Virus record (IMG/VR): IMGVR_UViG_3300015050_001305
Source of the DNA: an uncultured virus (IMG/VR IMGVR_UViG_3300015050_001305)
Lineage: Duplodnaviria > Heunggongvirae > Uroviricota > Caudoviricetes
DNA: 64,000 bases
Direction: 5' to 3' (one strand)
Positions 39,032 through 47,931 of this stretch are shown here, piece by piece. Every line of letters begins with the position of its first letter. The first letter of the stretch is position 1. The position numbers were made by a program, and so were the translations under genes. The notes below the pieces were generated by a model, which searched no databases, had not been told where the DNA came from, and saw nothing but the letters and a program-made list of their open reading frames with translations.

Positions 39032-39550
39032 CTACCCTAGCAGCTTCGCCATCTTGGCGGCAATTTCCTTGCGCTTGCGTGATGCCATCACTTCGCTCCA
39101 TCCTACGCGTGCGCCAGCTTCTACTTGAGTCATGCCATCGTAGATCAGGCGGATGAATTCCCTGTCATCGGTCGGTAACGTAGCTAGCGCAGCTTGGATC
39201 CGTTGCATGTTGTTATGTGAATCGCGAGCGATCCGACCGTCCGAGCCTTGCAAGGTATCCACAAGCTGATCGCAGTCGCCGTTATCATCGGCGAAACCTT
39301 CCGAGTCGTGGCCTTTGTTCGCGCAAGCTTTGCGCCAATTTTTTGCTTCATTTGCAGCGATAGTGCAAAGCCAGGTCTTTAGGGATCCCTTGGTTGCGTC
39401 AAACGTTGCGAATGCCGCAACGGCTCGCGTTGCAGCCGATTGCACGCAATCGGCAACATCGGATCCATGTGATAGGCCTATGATCTTGCCCACCGTGCCT
39501 TGCATAGCCTTAAGAATTTCGGTGCTGATTATCATTTGTTGGTTTAGCAT
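39032..39550 (-). CDS. ECF-type (sigma70 family) RNA polymerase sigma factor, copy 1
   Basis: Region 2 DVADCVQ...FDATKGSLKTWLCTIAANEAKNWRK; region 4 LPTDDREFIRL..DGMTQVEAGARVGWS. Confidence 0.85.
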   Translation of the reverse strand: MLNQQMIISTEILKAMQGTVGKIIGLSHGSDVADCVQSAATRAVAAFATFDATKGSLKTWLCTIAANEAKNWRKACANKGHDSEGFADDNGDCDQLVDTLQGSDGRIARDSHNNMQRIQAALATLPTDDREFIRLIYDGMTQVEAGARVGWSEVMASRKRKEIAAKMAKLLG

Positions 39551-39931
39551 CCGTTCACACTACAGGTAATAGGGTGCATAGTCAATATCAAAATGGCACG
39601 ATCTGCCGAATATTGCGACCTAGCAGATCCCTCTTAATCTTACAATTAGCCATTGACAATTGTAGGATGATATGGTATGATCCCGCTACCCTGGGATGGA
39701 AAACTCATAGGGATAATACCATATGATGCAACAATTGTCAATGGCTAATTGCATCAATCGACATAGCAGATCCCTGTCTGAGTAACTACAATTAGCCATT
39801 GACAATTGTCGGATGATATGCTATGATCAATAAAAAGGTTCGATTAGGAGTTTTCCATAGTGTGCGGGATGGCTGCACTGGGTTAGGAGTTTTCCATAGT
39901 GCCAGTGTGGCACGGTGGCCACGGTCAACCC

Positions 39932-40447
39932 TTACGCTGGCATGAAGGATCGCATCTTGGTAGCGATCTCTTTACGCTTGCGCGATGCTACCGATTCACT
40001 CCAACCTACTTGTGCGCCAGCTTCTACTTGGGTCATGTCGTCGTTGATCAATCGGATAAAGATCCGATCGTCGTATGATAGCGTGGCCATAGCTTGCTCT
40101 AGCCATTGCGTGTTTTCGATCCGTGCTACTTCGGCGCGACCGTCGGCACCTTGCAAGGTATCCACAAGCTGATCACACTCGCCATTGTCATCCGCGTGGC
40201 CCTCTGAATCGTGGCCACGGTTTGCGCTAGCTTTGCGCCAGTTGCGCGCAACGTTTGCGGCAATGGTACAGCACCAATTTTTGTAGTTCCCCTTGGTTTC
40301 ATCAAAGGATGCTACCTTTTCAACGGCACGCAAACATGCTTCTTGGGCACAATCAGCTACGTCAGAATCATGAGAGAACCCAATGATTTTTGCGACGGTT
40401 CCGGTCATTGACTTAAGGATCTCTGCGTTGATTTGTTTGTTTTGCAT
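39932..40447 (-). CDS. ECF-type sigma factor, copy 2
   Basis: Collinear paralogue of 39032-39550; FDETKGNYKNWCCTIAAN; start inferred from the alignment. Confidence 0.85.
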   Translation of the reverse strand: MQNKQINAEILKSMTGTVAKIIGFSHDSDVADCAQEACLRAVEKVASFDETKGNYKNWCCTIAANVARNWRKASANRGHDSEGHADDNGECDQLVDTLQGADGRAEVARIENTQWLEQAMATLSYDDRIFIRLINDDMTQVEAGAQVGWSESVASRKRKEIATKMRSFMPA

Positions 40448-40635
40448 ACCTATTGATACCATATCACAGTGTGCATTGTCAACATCTAATTGCACTAATC
40501 GACATAGCAGATCCCTACCTAAATCAATGCAATTAGAGATTGACAATTGTCGGATGATATGTTATGATCTACAAAAAGGCTAAGGATAGGAGTTTTCCTG
40601 TGCGTGGGCTAGGCTATTGGGCTAGCTCCTTCCGG

Positions 40636-40857
40636 TTAGCTGATAGTGTACCAGGCTCCTTGCTTGTCAGCGACGTAGCAGGTACCGGAGTTGCTAAAGA
40701 TGCAACAGTAGACCCGACGCCAGCGAGTACCTAGCTCGGGAATCTTGACAAGGTGACTAGTGGCGATCTTCCGACCGTATCCGGTACGGCTGCGATTGAT
40801 CGGCATATCTGTTTGCTTGGATTCGAGAGATTCAATCTGGTAGTGTTTGATAATCAT
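40636..40857 (-). CDS. Hypothetical phage protein
   Basis: TGYGRKIAT...WRRVYCCIFSNSGTCYV. Confidence 0.7.
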   Translation of the reverse strand: MIIKHYQIESLESKQTDMPINRSRTGYGRKIATSHLVKIPELGTRWRRVYCCIFSNSGTCYVADKQGAWYTIS

Positions 40858-40902
40858 GCGACACCTTGATGTTGAATTGTTTGCGATTCGATCACTTGCA
40901 TA

Positions 40903-41130
40903 CTAGGTAGGGTCATTATACAGCTCATCTACCTTGGCATCGGCCACCTCTTGAGCGATGGCGACCGATTCAAAACCATATGAGCAATCGACTAGGTAAC
41001 CTTCGTCCTCTGCACACTGATCACAACAACCACCGTCATACTTATAGATCTCATAACCCCAGCCATCGGGACCGCGACCCTCAACAACGCATAGGTTATC
41101 TCTTACAATCTCAATGCGATAACTACTCAT
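40903..41130 (-). CDS. Hypothetical acidic protein
   Basis: sigma70 promoter and GAGG Shine-Dalgarno upstream. Confidence 0.6.
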   Translation of the reverse strand: MSSYRIEIVRDNLCVVEGRGPDGWGYEIYKYDGGCCDQCAEDEGYLVDCSYGFESVAIAQEVADAKVDELYNDPT

Positions 41131-41868
41131 AATGGCCTCTAGCATTGATACCATATCACAGTGTGCATTGTCAATATCTAATTGCATCAATCGACATAGC
41201 AGATCCCTGTACGATTGTTGACGTATGATATTGACAATGACTAGATGATATGGTAGTATCCCGAGCTTTGCTACTAGCTCAAAAGGTCCGGGATAGTATC
41301 ACATGATAGAGTTATTGTCAATACCTAATTGCATCAATCAACATAGTAGATCCCTGTACGATTGTTGACGTATGATATTGACAATGGCCAGATGATATGG
41401 TAGCATCCCACCTGAGTTTTCCATCATAGAAAACTCCTATACGATGCATGACCCGGTGGGGGGCCAAAGCTCTCCGCACCATAGGCATTTTGACCCCCCA
41501 GGGGATAGCCACTCATTTCTCCTCTGCAGCTTATGGAATCAGCTTATATGGCATATTAGGGATTACTGTCAATGCCTAATGTCTATGGTCCCGCGCCCTT
41601 AGCTTGATTGGTTTTTGAACACCATTTGCGTGATGGTCCATAATTGGAACGCAAGTGCTACAAGGGGGCCTAGGATAGCTGATATCTTAACGAATCAAGG
41701 GGGCCTTGGTCTTCGAAATCCAAAAACGAGTTCAAGGGGGGCTTTATGAATGCCCGAAAAAATAGGAAACACTTTTTTCACCTTGGATATCAGGTGTTTG
41801 ACTAATTGTCCAATTTTTGCTACCGGTAGGGATTTGACAATGGGGGGCTTTGGCTTGATGGTGTGTGC

Positions 41869-42147
41869 ATGGCAACATTTGCAATGATAGGCGGCGCGAT
41901 GGTCAACTTGGACCAGGTGCGTTATTTCGAGGAAAATGCTCGCAACAAGCAGCAGGTCTTTGTGTACTTCGTAACGGAAGATCGCGGGTCTCAGCTGCAG
42001 CGTATCGTCTTCGAAGATACGATGGATAATGTCATGGCGGGGCTTGGGGCGCGACCCGTTAGCCAGCCTGGGCCTACGGTTCGACCCAAGGAGCCGGACG
42101 CTCCTTATCCTAGGCAGCGGGATGACGGCACGTATATCATTGAGTAG
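41869..42147 (+). CDS. Hypothetical protein
   Basis: ORF track. Confidence 0.65.
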   Translation: MATFAMIGGAMVNLDQVRYFEENARNKQQVFVYFVTEDRGSQLQRIVFEDTMDNVMAGLGARPVSQPGPTVRPKEPDAPYPRQRDDGTYIIE

Positions 42148-42450
42148 CTAGGTGGGGTTGGCCCTACCGGGCGGCGTTGCAAAGCGCCGAATTCTGCGCC
42201 AGCCAAGGCCTACGCCCCAAGCTGTCGCAACCCAACGAGTTTATTGCCTGTGCTGACTTGCAACGTTGGCTGCATAGCGCTTGCGTGTTGAACGTTAAAA
42301 AATATTTTTTTTGGTTAAGCTAGGGATTTCCAAATAAAGTTACAAGCAGCTTCCATGCGTCGGCGCATGATTGGTGCCGCGTGCCAGCCCGGTGGCTTGA
42401 GGCGTACCTAAATAAATGAAAGACTGGGCTCGCTCAGTTGTAGATAGCCT

Positions 42451-44193
42451 ATGCATACTAAAATTGACACTGTTGATGCAAGAGATCCGCTAACGGTTAT
42501 TCGTGCTAGTTCGTGGGTATGCGCCAACGACATTTGGCGGCTTGGCGATTATCGCGTGCATTTTGACGCAGCGACGTCGGCCTGGGTGGTTAACTTTAAA
42601 GACCAGCTCGTCGCTAAAATGGCTGGCCAGGCGAGCGCGCGGGAGGCTCACCGCCGTGTAGAGCAGCTCATTGAAAGTTCGACCGTCTGGCAAAACGTCG
42701 ATCCCAATCGCTCTTGGTATCTGCGCGATTACGCCGTCTGCTGGAATCCTGGCGCGCGTAAATGGGCTATTTACCATTTTGGCACTGAGTTGATTGAAGG
42801 CACCTATGGCACGCTGGAGCATGCCAAGCTCGAAGTCGAGCGCCGCGTCGCCAATAAACCACCCGATAGTTCATTGGACGCCAAGGAGAAGGAATTGGCT
42901 GACCTGCATCGTCGTGAATGGCATTGCGATAACGCGATTTGGCACATCTTTGACTACGAAGTGCGCCCCCACGGCAACACTGGTTGGGCGATTTACCACA
43001 AGCATGCCTTGCTGGAAAATCATGCCAATTATGCAACTCCAACCTTGGCCATGCAAGCCACCGATTACCTCATTGCCGCATCGACCTGGGGCTTCGACGG
43101 TCGTCGTTGGTGCAAAGGCCATTATACATTGCGCTGGTGTGAACGGCCAAAAGCAATTCGGTCAGGTTGGTATATCTACTATAGAGAAAAAGCCTTGGAC
43201 GATAGCATGCCTTTCAAGAACCCTGAAATTGCTAAGCTCGAAGTTGACCAAATAATTCGAATGAAAGATCTTGAACCTGCTGTAGTTAAAACACCTGCAG
43301 CTGAATCAGTTGCAACCAAGCCTTTTGCGCGTAGCTGGCGCTACGAAAATTCGGTCTGGAAAATCAGCGACTACATCGTGCGCTGGCATCATGCCTGGGC
43401 TGCGAGAGGCAGGGGCTGGTACATTTGGTATCAGGACGCCATGCTGCCGCTGCAGGCCTATGAAAATGCTGACGATGCGCGGGCGGCCGTCGAGGTCCTG
43501 ATGACGCAAGCGTATGACGAACTGCTGTCATCATTATTTGCTAAAAAAGCAACGAATCCCGACTGGCACTATGATGAGGGCGATTGGCTGCTGGGCGATT
43601 ACCGCGTCGTTCGTAGCGGCGGGGAAGATTCCAAGGTCTGGATGATTTTCTACAAGGCCTTGCACATCGCCTCACTTGAAAGTGCCGAACTTGCCAAATA
43701 CGAAGTTGAGCGTCGCATGGCTAGTTTGATGAACCAACCACCTGCAGCAACACCTTGTGATACCCACAAGACTGAACCTATGAATTCGAAATTTAACAAT
43801 ATCTGGGAACTGATTGCCGCCTCCATCCGCACCCGTCGCCCTGTTGAAATTCTGGAGGTTGGTGGCACTTGGGAGATCTGCAGTGAATTTAGTCCGGCCA
43901 ACCTTCGGCCCATGCTTAATACTGATTGGCTTTCACGCGTTTTTATCAGCAACAAGCTGCGGCTCAAGCCCGTCATGGTCCAAAAGACCTGCTGGCATGT
44001 GATGTGCTATCTAGACGGATCTCTGTCCGACGTGTCAGGCCCGCTGCCATCCCATGACGCTGCGGCCAACTGGATCATCGCCGCTATTACCATGCCGTAT
44101 CGGCACGGGCATCACATCGTCAAAATTGACGCGGCCGTGCCTGCTGACGAATCAGGGCAAGTTGTTGACCCCTCAGTTGTAGATAACGTATGA
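42451..44193 (+). CDS. Trp-rich internal-repeat protein
   Basis: About 6-7 repeats of W..W.(L/I)xDY.V...W.I...AK.EVERR. Confidence 0.85.
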   Translation: MHTKIDTVDARDPLTVIRASSWVCANDIWRLGDYRVHFDAATSAWVVNFKDQLVAKMAGQASAREAHRRVEQLIESSTVWQNVDPNRSWYLRDYAVCWNPGARKWAIYHFGTELIEGTYGTLEHAKLEVERRVANKPPDSSLDAKEKELADLHRREWHCDNAIWHIFDYEVRPHGNTGWAIYHKHALLENHANYATPTLAMQATDYLIAASTWGFDGRRWCKGHYTLRWCERPKAIRSGWYIYYREKALDDSMPFKNPEIAKLEVDQIIRMKDLEPAVVKTPAAESVATKPFARSWRYENSVWKISDYIVRWHHAWAARGRGWYIWYQDAMLPLQAYENADDARAAVEVLMTQAYDELLSSLFAKKATNPDWHYDEGDWLLGDYRVVRSGGEDSKVWMIFYKALHIASLESAELAKYEVERRMASLMNQPPAATPCDTHKTEPMNSKFNNIWELIAASIRTRRPVEILEVGGTWEICSEFSPANLRPMLNTDWLSRVFISNKLRLKPVMVQKTCWHVMCYLDGSLSDVSGPLPSHDAAANWIIAAITMPYRHGHHIVKIDAAVPADESGQVVDPSVVDNV

Positions 44194-45524
44194 GCACACT
44201 AGTTAATCAAACACCCATGCCGGCCATTCGTGCTAGCTCGTGGCGACATGAAAACAGCATTTGGTATCTCGGCGATTACCGCGTGTATTTTTCCACCTTT
44301 TCAAGAGTCTGGTTAGTTCACGCGAAAGATCAGCTTGTCGCTGAAAGTGTTACCTATACGAGTTCCGTAGAGGCTCGCAAGGCTACGGAGCGCCTCATCG
44401 AAAGTTCGCCTGCCTGGCAAGCCATTAATCGCACTTGGTATCGGCGTAATTACGCGGTCAGTTGGAATCCTGATGATTGCGGCTGGACGATTTACCATTT
44501 CCAGGCTGCGCTCGCCAATAATACCTACCAAGATCCTGAAAATGCCAAACACGAAGTCGATTGCCGCCTCGCGCTACAAGACAATGCCGCAACGGCCCAA
44601 GCGCCAACCTTGCCGCTGGCCGCTGGCTTGACGTGGCAATGCTTGCACTATGTTTGGTATATCGGCGATTACAAGGTATTTTTTTCCGCCTTTTTGGAGG
44701 CTTGGGTACTTAAATACAAGCAAGTGCTGCTGACTGAAACACGGGAGCCTAATGGTTCGCCTGCACCCCTAATGTTTCAAGCCTTGCAAAAAGCCAAGGA
44801 CGAAGTCGAGCGACGCCTCAGCCCCCAGGCGGCCCCGCCAATTGCTGAAGTCCCGCCAGCTGTAATAGCCTGGCAATACATCGACGACATATGGCAGCTC
44901 GGCGATTACAAGATATATTTTTCCGTCTATTCGGGGTTATGGGAAATTAACTACAAGAATGAGCTGTTGATTGAATCTGCGACGACGGCTGGCGCTGTGA
45001 CGGCTGGATATCCGGTTGTGCAGCAGGCGTACCCAGATCGAGACAGCGCCAAACGTGCAGTCGAGGCACGCCTCAAAAACGAGCAACGCCTCAGCCCCCA
45101 GACTGCCCCGCCAATTGCTGTTGAAAATAAGGTCAAGTCCCCCACCATGAACCCTACCTTCCATAATGTCTGGGACATCATTGCTCAGTCCGTTCAATGG
45201 AACCGCCGCATCGAAATTCAGCAGTCCGACGGCACCTGGCTGCCGTCGCCCGATTTCGACCTAACGTACCGTGACACGGTTGACATCAAAGCCCTCAAAA
45301 CCATTTTCTGTATCAACAAATTGCGACTCCAACCCCGCTTTTTCAAGAAAGCCTGCTGGATTGTCATGCGCTATCGAGGCATGTCAATCTTCAATGTGTC
45401 CGAAAGTCTGGACTCTGTCGAGGTAGCTGAGACGTGGATTAACACCCATGCTGCGCCCTCCGAGCGTCAAGACTATTACATTGCCAAAATTGTCGTGGAG
45501 GTTACTAATGACGACGTCTTGTAA
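44190..45524 (+). CDS. Trp-rich internal-repeat protein, paralogue
   Basis: About 4 repeats plus a shared C-terminal domain (FHNVWDIIA vs FNNIWELIA). Confidence 0.85.
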   Translation: MSTLVNQTPMPAIRASSWRHENSIWYLGDYRVYFSTFSRVWLVHAKDQLVAESVTYTSSVEARKATERLIESSPAWQAINRTWYRRNYAVSWNPDDCGWTIYHFQAALANNTYQDPENAKHEVDCRLALQDNAATAQAPTLPLAAGLTWQCLHYVWYIGDYKVFFSAFLEAWVLKYKQVLLTETREPNGSPAPLMFQALQKAKDEVERRLSPQAAPPIAEVPPAVIAWQYIDDIWQLGDYKIYFSVYSGLWEINYKNELLIESATTAGAVTAGYPVVQQAYPDRDSAKRAVEARLKNEQRLSPQTAPPIAVENKVKSPTMNPTFHNVWDIIAQSVQWNRRIEIQQSDGTWLPSPDFDLTYRDTVDIKALKTIFCINKLRLQPRFFKKACWIVMRYRGMSIFNVSESLDSVEVAETWINTHAAPSERQDYYIAKIVVEVTNDDVL

Positions 45525-45677
45525 TGTTCGCCGCCGCCGACCTGAGCTATTCTTCGGCAAGCCTTGTCGATGTGCTTGCTGTCAACATTTCCTACTAGAT
45601 TCAGCTATCCAGAAAATATTCCCGCTCGGGACGCCGAGCATCAGTGACGACGACTTCCTTGTCAGGATGATCTTTGA

Positions 45678-46250
45678 ATGGCAAAAGATGTTTGCCACTG
45701 CAAGTCACATTTCAAGTCGCAACCTGAAATAAACCGCACGTTAGATTGTAACACCTGTATGAACCTTGCAAAATCAGCGAACCCAACTAAAACCGTTGAA
45801 TGGATGAACCTCCGAGCGGATGCTGCCACGTACTGCGCTATGATGGCATGTTACACGTACTCCAATGGGGCTATCACGCTGGACCCTGCCAATTTCGATG
45901 TGCCAGATGACGTCAGAGCCCTTGCTGAGCAAGTTGCTGATTGCGTGCTCGAAACCGGGCAGTATCTTTATTGCTGGGCTGAAGCCGAGGCTCGGTTGCT
46001 TTATCCGGCTACCTCATTAGCCGACTTGGGCTATCGTCGCAGTGATTGGTTGCCTGAGTCATTGAGGCAGCGGCTACAGCGGATCTTCCGTAGTGAGCAG
46101 CGGCTAGCCCGCGCAATTGCAATTACTGATGGTGTTCGCAAGTTATCACGCTGGCAGCGTGCGTTGCGGCTGGTACGACGTGACCCAGACCCAATCAACG
46201 CCGAAACGTCGATGGCTATCTTATTGGACGATGAGGGCGAACATCCGTAG
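45678..46250 (+). CDS. Protein containing an AEAEA-family domain
   Basis: AATYCAMMACY...WAEAEARL. Confidence 0.7.
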   Translation: MAKDVCHCKSHFKSQPEINRTLDCNTCMNLAKSANPTKTVEWMNLRADAATYCAMMACYTYSNGAITLDPANFDVPDDVRALAEQVADCVLETGQYLYCWAEAEARLLYPATSLADLGYRRSDWLPESLRQRLQRIFRSEQRLARAIAITDGVRKLSRWQRALRLVRRDPDPINAETSMAILLDDEGEHP

Positions 46251-46328
46251 GTGCTTGCGCTGTTGGCAAGTCAGGTAACTTTATGATATGCCGCTACGTC
46301 GGTTTTGATTCAAACGAAATGAATTTCC

Positions 46329-46724
46329 ATGGCAGCTGTTAATTTTGAATTTGATTTATCTGAAATGTCCGGCAATGAGTTGCTGGCAGGTGAACTCGCC
46401 AAGTATGTGCATCTAAAGCTCTTGCACCTGCAGCATAACCCAACCGGCCATGGCAGCACCTGCGAAGCCGTCATGCTGCAACTGGGCTGCATTGCGGAAG
46501 TTGCCCTCATTGGGTACCCGTTGCCTGAGGGCAATGAGCTGCCGGTGCTGCAGCTTTACGTGACAGATCCGCTGGATGAACCGACGGCTGCCTGGGTAGC
46601 TGCTTCGGTTGAGGCTACGCGTGATTTCATTTTGACGCAGATGCTGGCCTCGCAGGTTGAGCACGAAGCGACCTGCCCTTGTTGTCAGGACAAGGCTTTG
46701 GCGGGCGCGAAGTCTCAGAATTAA
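46329..46724 (+). CDS. Hypothetical protein
   Basis: ORF track; CPCC. Confidence 0.65.
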   Translation: MAAVNFEFDLSEMSGNELLAGELAKYVHLKLLHLQHNPTGHGSTCEAVMLQLGCIAEVALIGYPLPEGNELPVLQLYVTDPLDEPTAAWVAASVEATRDFILTQMLASQVEHEATCPCCQDKALAGAKSQN

Positions 46725-46727
46725 GTT

Positions 46728-47078
46728 ATGATTTACCTGGATGAAGTTTGCTGGACGGAGGCTATGCTGCGAGGCCTATTAGAAGACCTGCAGCAGGCCC
46801 AGCTCACCACATCGAAGCTGCAGATTCAGGTAACCCAGCAAGCTGCGGATATCGTCCGTGGCAAGATTGATATCAATCAACTCTTGCAAAAAAATCAGCA
46901 AGCTTCGAAAGAGAATGAGGCACTGCGGTCGCTGGTCACGATAGATCGTCAGCGTGCCCAGGATGCCGCCAGCCATGAACGTCATTGGCGAGCCGAAGTA
47001 GTGCAATTAAAATATAAGATTGAAGCGCTGCAGGCAACTGGCCTGCTACTGCCAATTGATCGAAAACGTGAAAGTTAA
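46728..47078 (+). CDS. Coiled-coil protein
   Basis: Heptad pattern. Confidence 0.65.
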   Translation: MIYLDEVCWTEAMLRGLLEDLQQAQLTTSKLQIQVTQQAADIVRGKIDINQLLQKNQQASKENEALRSLVTIDRQRAQDAASHERHWRAEVVQLKYKIEALQATGLLLPIDRKRES

Positions 47079-47132
47079 CGCAACGTGAGTTGTAGTTAAG
47101 CTATTCACCCCTACCTCAAGGAACCAAACCAC

Positions 47133-47483
47133 ATGGCTATCTGGCCTCCCCTGCCACCCGCCTTCAGTCACAATTTTGGCAATGCCCAAAAAATCAATGA
47201 CATCCGCAGCGTCCTGATCGCTTTTGAGCGAGCGGCTAACTTCGAAACGTGGCGTCAACCGATGCAGTTGACGAATCAGCCTAGATGGCAGCAGTTCGAC
47301 TCAAACGCCGAAGATGTGCTGACCGCCGTCCTGCTATGCCTTGGCTGGCGACAGCCGCTACGCTGGTGGTACACCCCACCACTAGGCGGCGTCACAACCT
47401 ATTATTATACCAATTTCAAATTCACAGATGTGCCGCAACCAGCAGACGATACCCAGGAAATATCATGCGAAAATACCATTTAG
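47133..47483 (+). CDS. Hypothetical protein
   Basis: Promoter motif at 47070 plus AAGG Shine-Dalgarno. Confidence 0.65.
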   Translation: MAIWPPLPPAFSHNFGNAQKINDIRSVLIAFERAANFETWRQPMQLTNQPRWQQFDSNAEDVLTAVLLCLGWRQPLRWWYTPPLGGVTTYYYTNFKFTDVPQPADDTQEISCENTI

Positions 47484-47665
47484 CCTTAGCCGGCCTAGCA
47501 GTTATCATTATTTTACCATTTTTCATCGGTGGTTGGATTTTGGCATCTTGGATACAACAGCGAGCTTGCTTTGCCGATGGCTATCCGCGCACCGTGAACG
47601 TTGGCATCATCTGGCCCGATACACGATGCGTGAAGCTGTTGAACGGCAGCGAAGTCATTCGATAA
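47465..47665 (+). CDS. Small membrane protein immediately upstream of the CRISPR array
   Basis: MRKYHLALAGLAVIIILPFFIGGWILASW... Confidence 0.65.
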   Translation: MRKYHLALAGLAVIIILPFFIGGWILASWIQQRACFADGYPRTVNVGIIWPDTRCVKLLNGSEVIR

Positions 47666-47669
47666 TAGT

Positions 47670-47875
47670 TGCCACTGCCGCATAGGCAGCTTAGTAGAAA
47701 ACGTGTCGGGTTAAGCATCTAGGTGCGACGTTGCCTGCCGGATAGGCAGATTAGTAAGTTGACGTCGGGCTCATTCTGCGTGGCCGCCCTTCACTGCCGC
47801 ATAGGCAGCTTAGCAAACAAAATGACAGCCTATACGCACATCATTGGGTGCTCTGCCGCAGAGGCAGTCGGATGG
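47670..47875 (+). CRISPR. Type I-F-like CRISPR mini-array: 4 degenerate 28-nt repeats, 3 spacers (32, 31, 31 nt), no cas genes
   Basis: Repeats at 47670, 47730, 47789, 47848 all keep CTGCC-N5-GGCAG; repeat 3 CTTCACTGCCGCATAGGCAGCTTAGCAA resembles the I-F consensus GTTCACTGCCGTATAGGCAGCTAAGAAA. Confidence 0.88.
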
Positions 47876-47931
47876 GCTAGACAATGGCCTCATAATAAAT
47901 AAATCTGCCAATAGAGATAAGAAGAAAACAA

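Larger units (their letters stand above)
39551..41590. promoter_or_regulatory. Repeat cluster of divergent sigma70-type promoters around the core CTAATTGCATCAATCGACATAGCAGATCCCT
   Basis: TTGACA-N17-TA(T/G)NAT at +39653, +39799, +40540, +41231, +41378; minus-strand copies near 39585, 39741, 40482, 41174, 41321. Confidence 0.8.

Noticed and set aside
40448..40546. N-terminal extensions in the ORF track (e.g. sigma at 40546; also 16358, 32780, 35685)
   Set aside because: The extensions run through promoter repeats; paralogue alignment and the motif give shorter starts.
47698..47847. Self-targeting spacers
   Set aside because: I saw only matches of about 10 nt (e.g. CCAATGATGT) by eye. The search was not exhaustive and needs computation.
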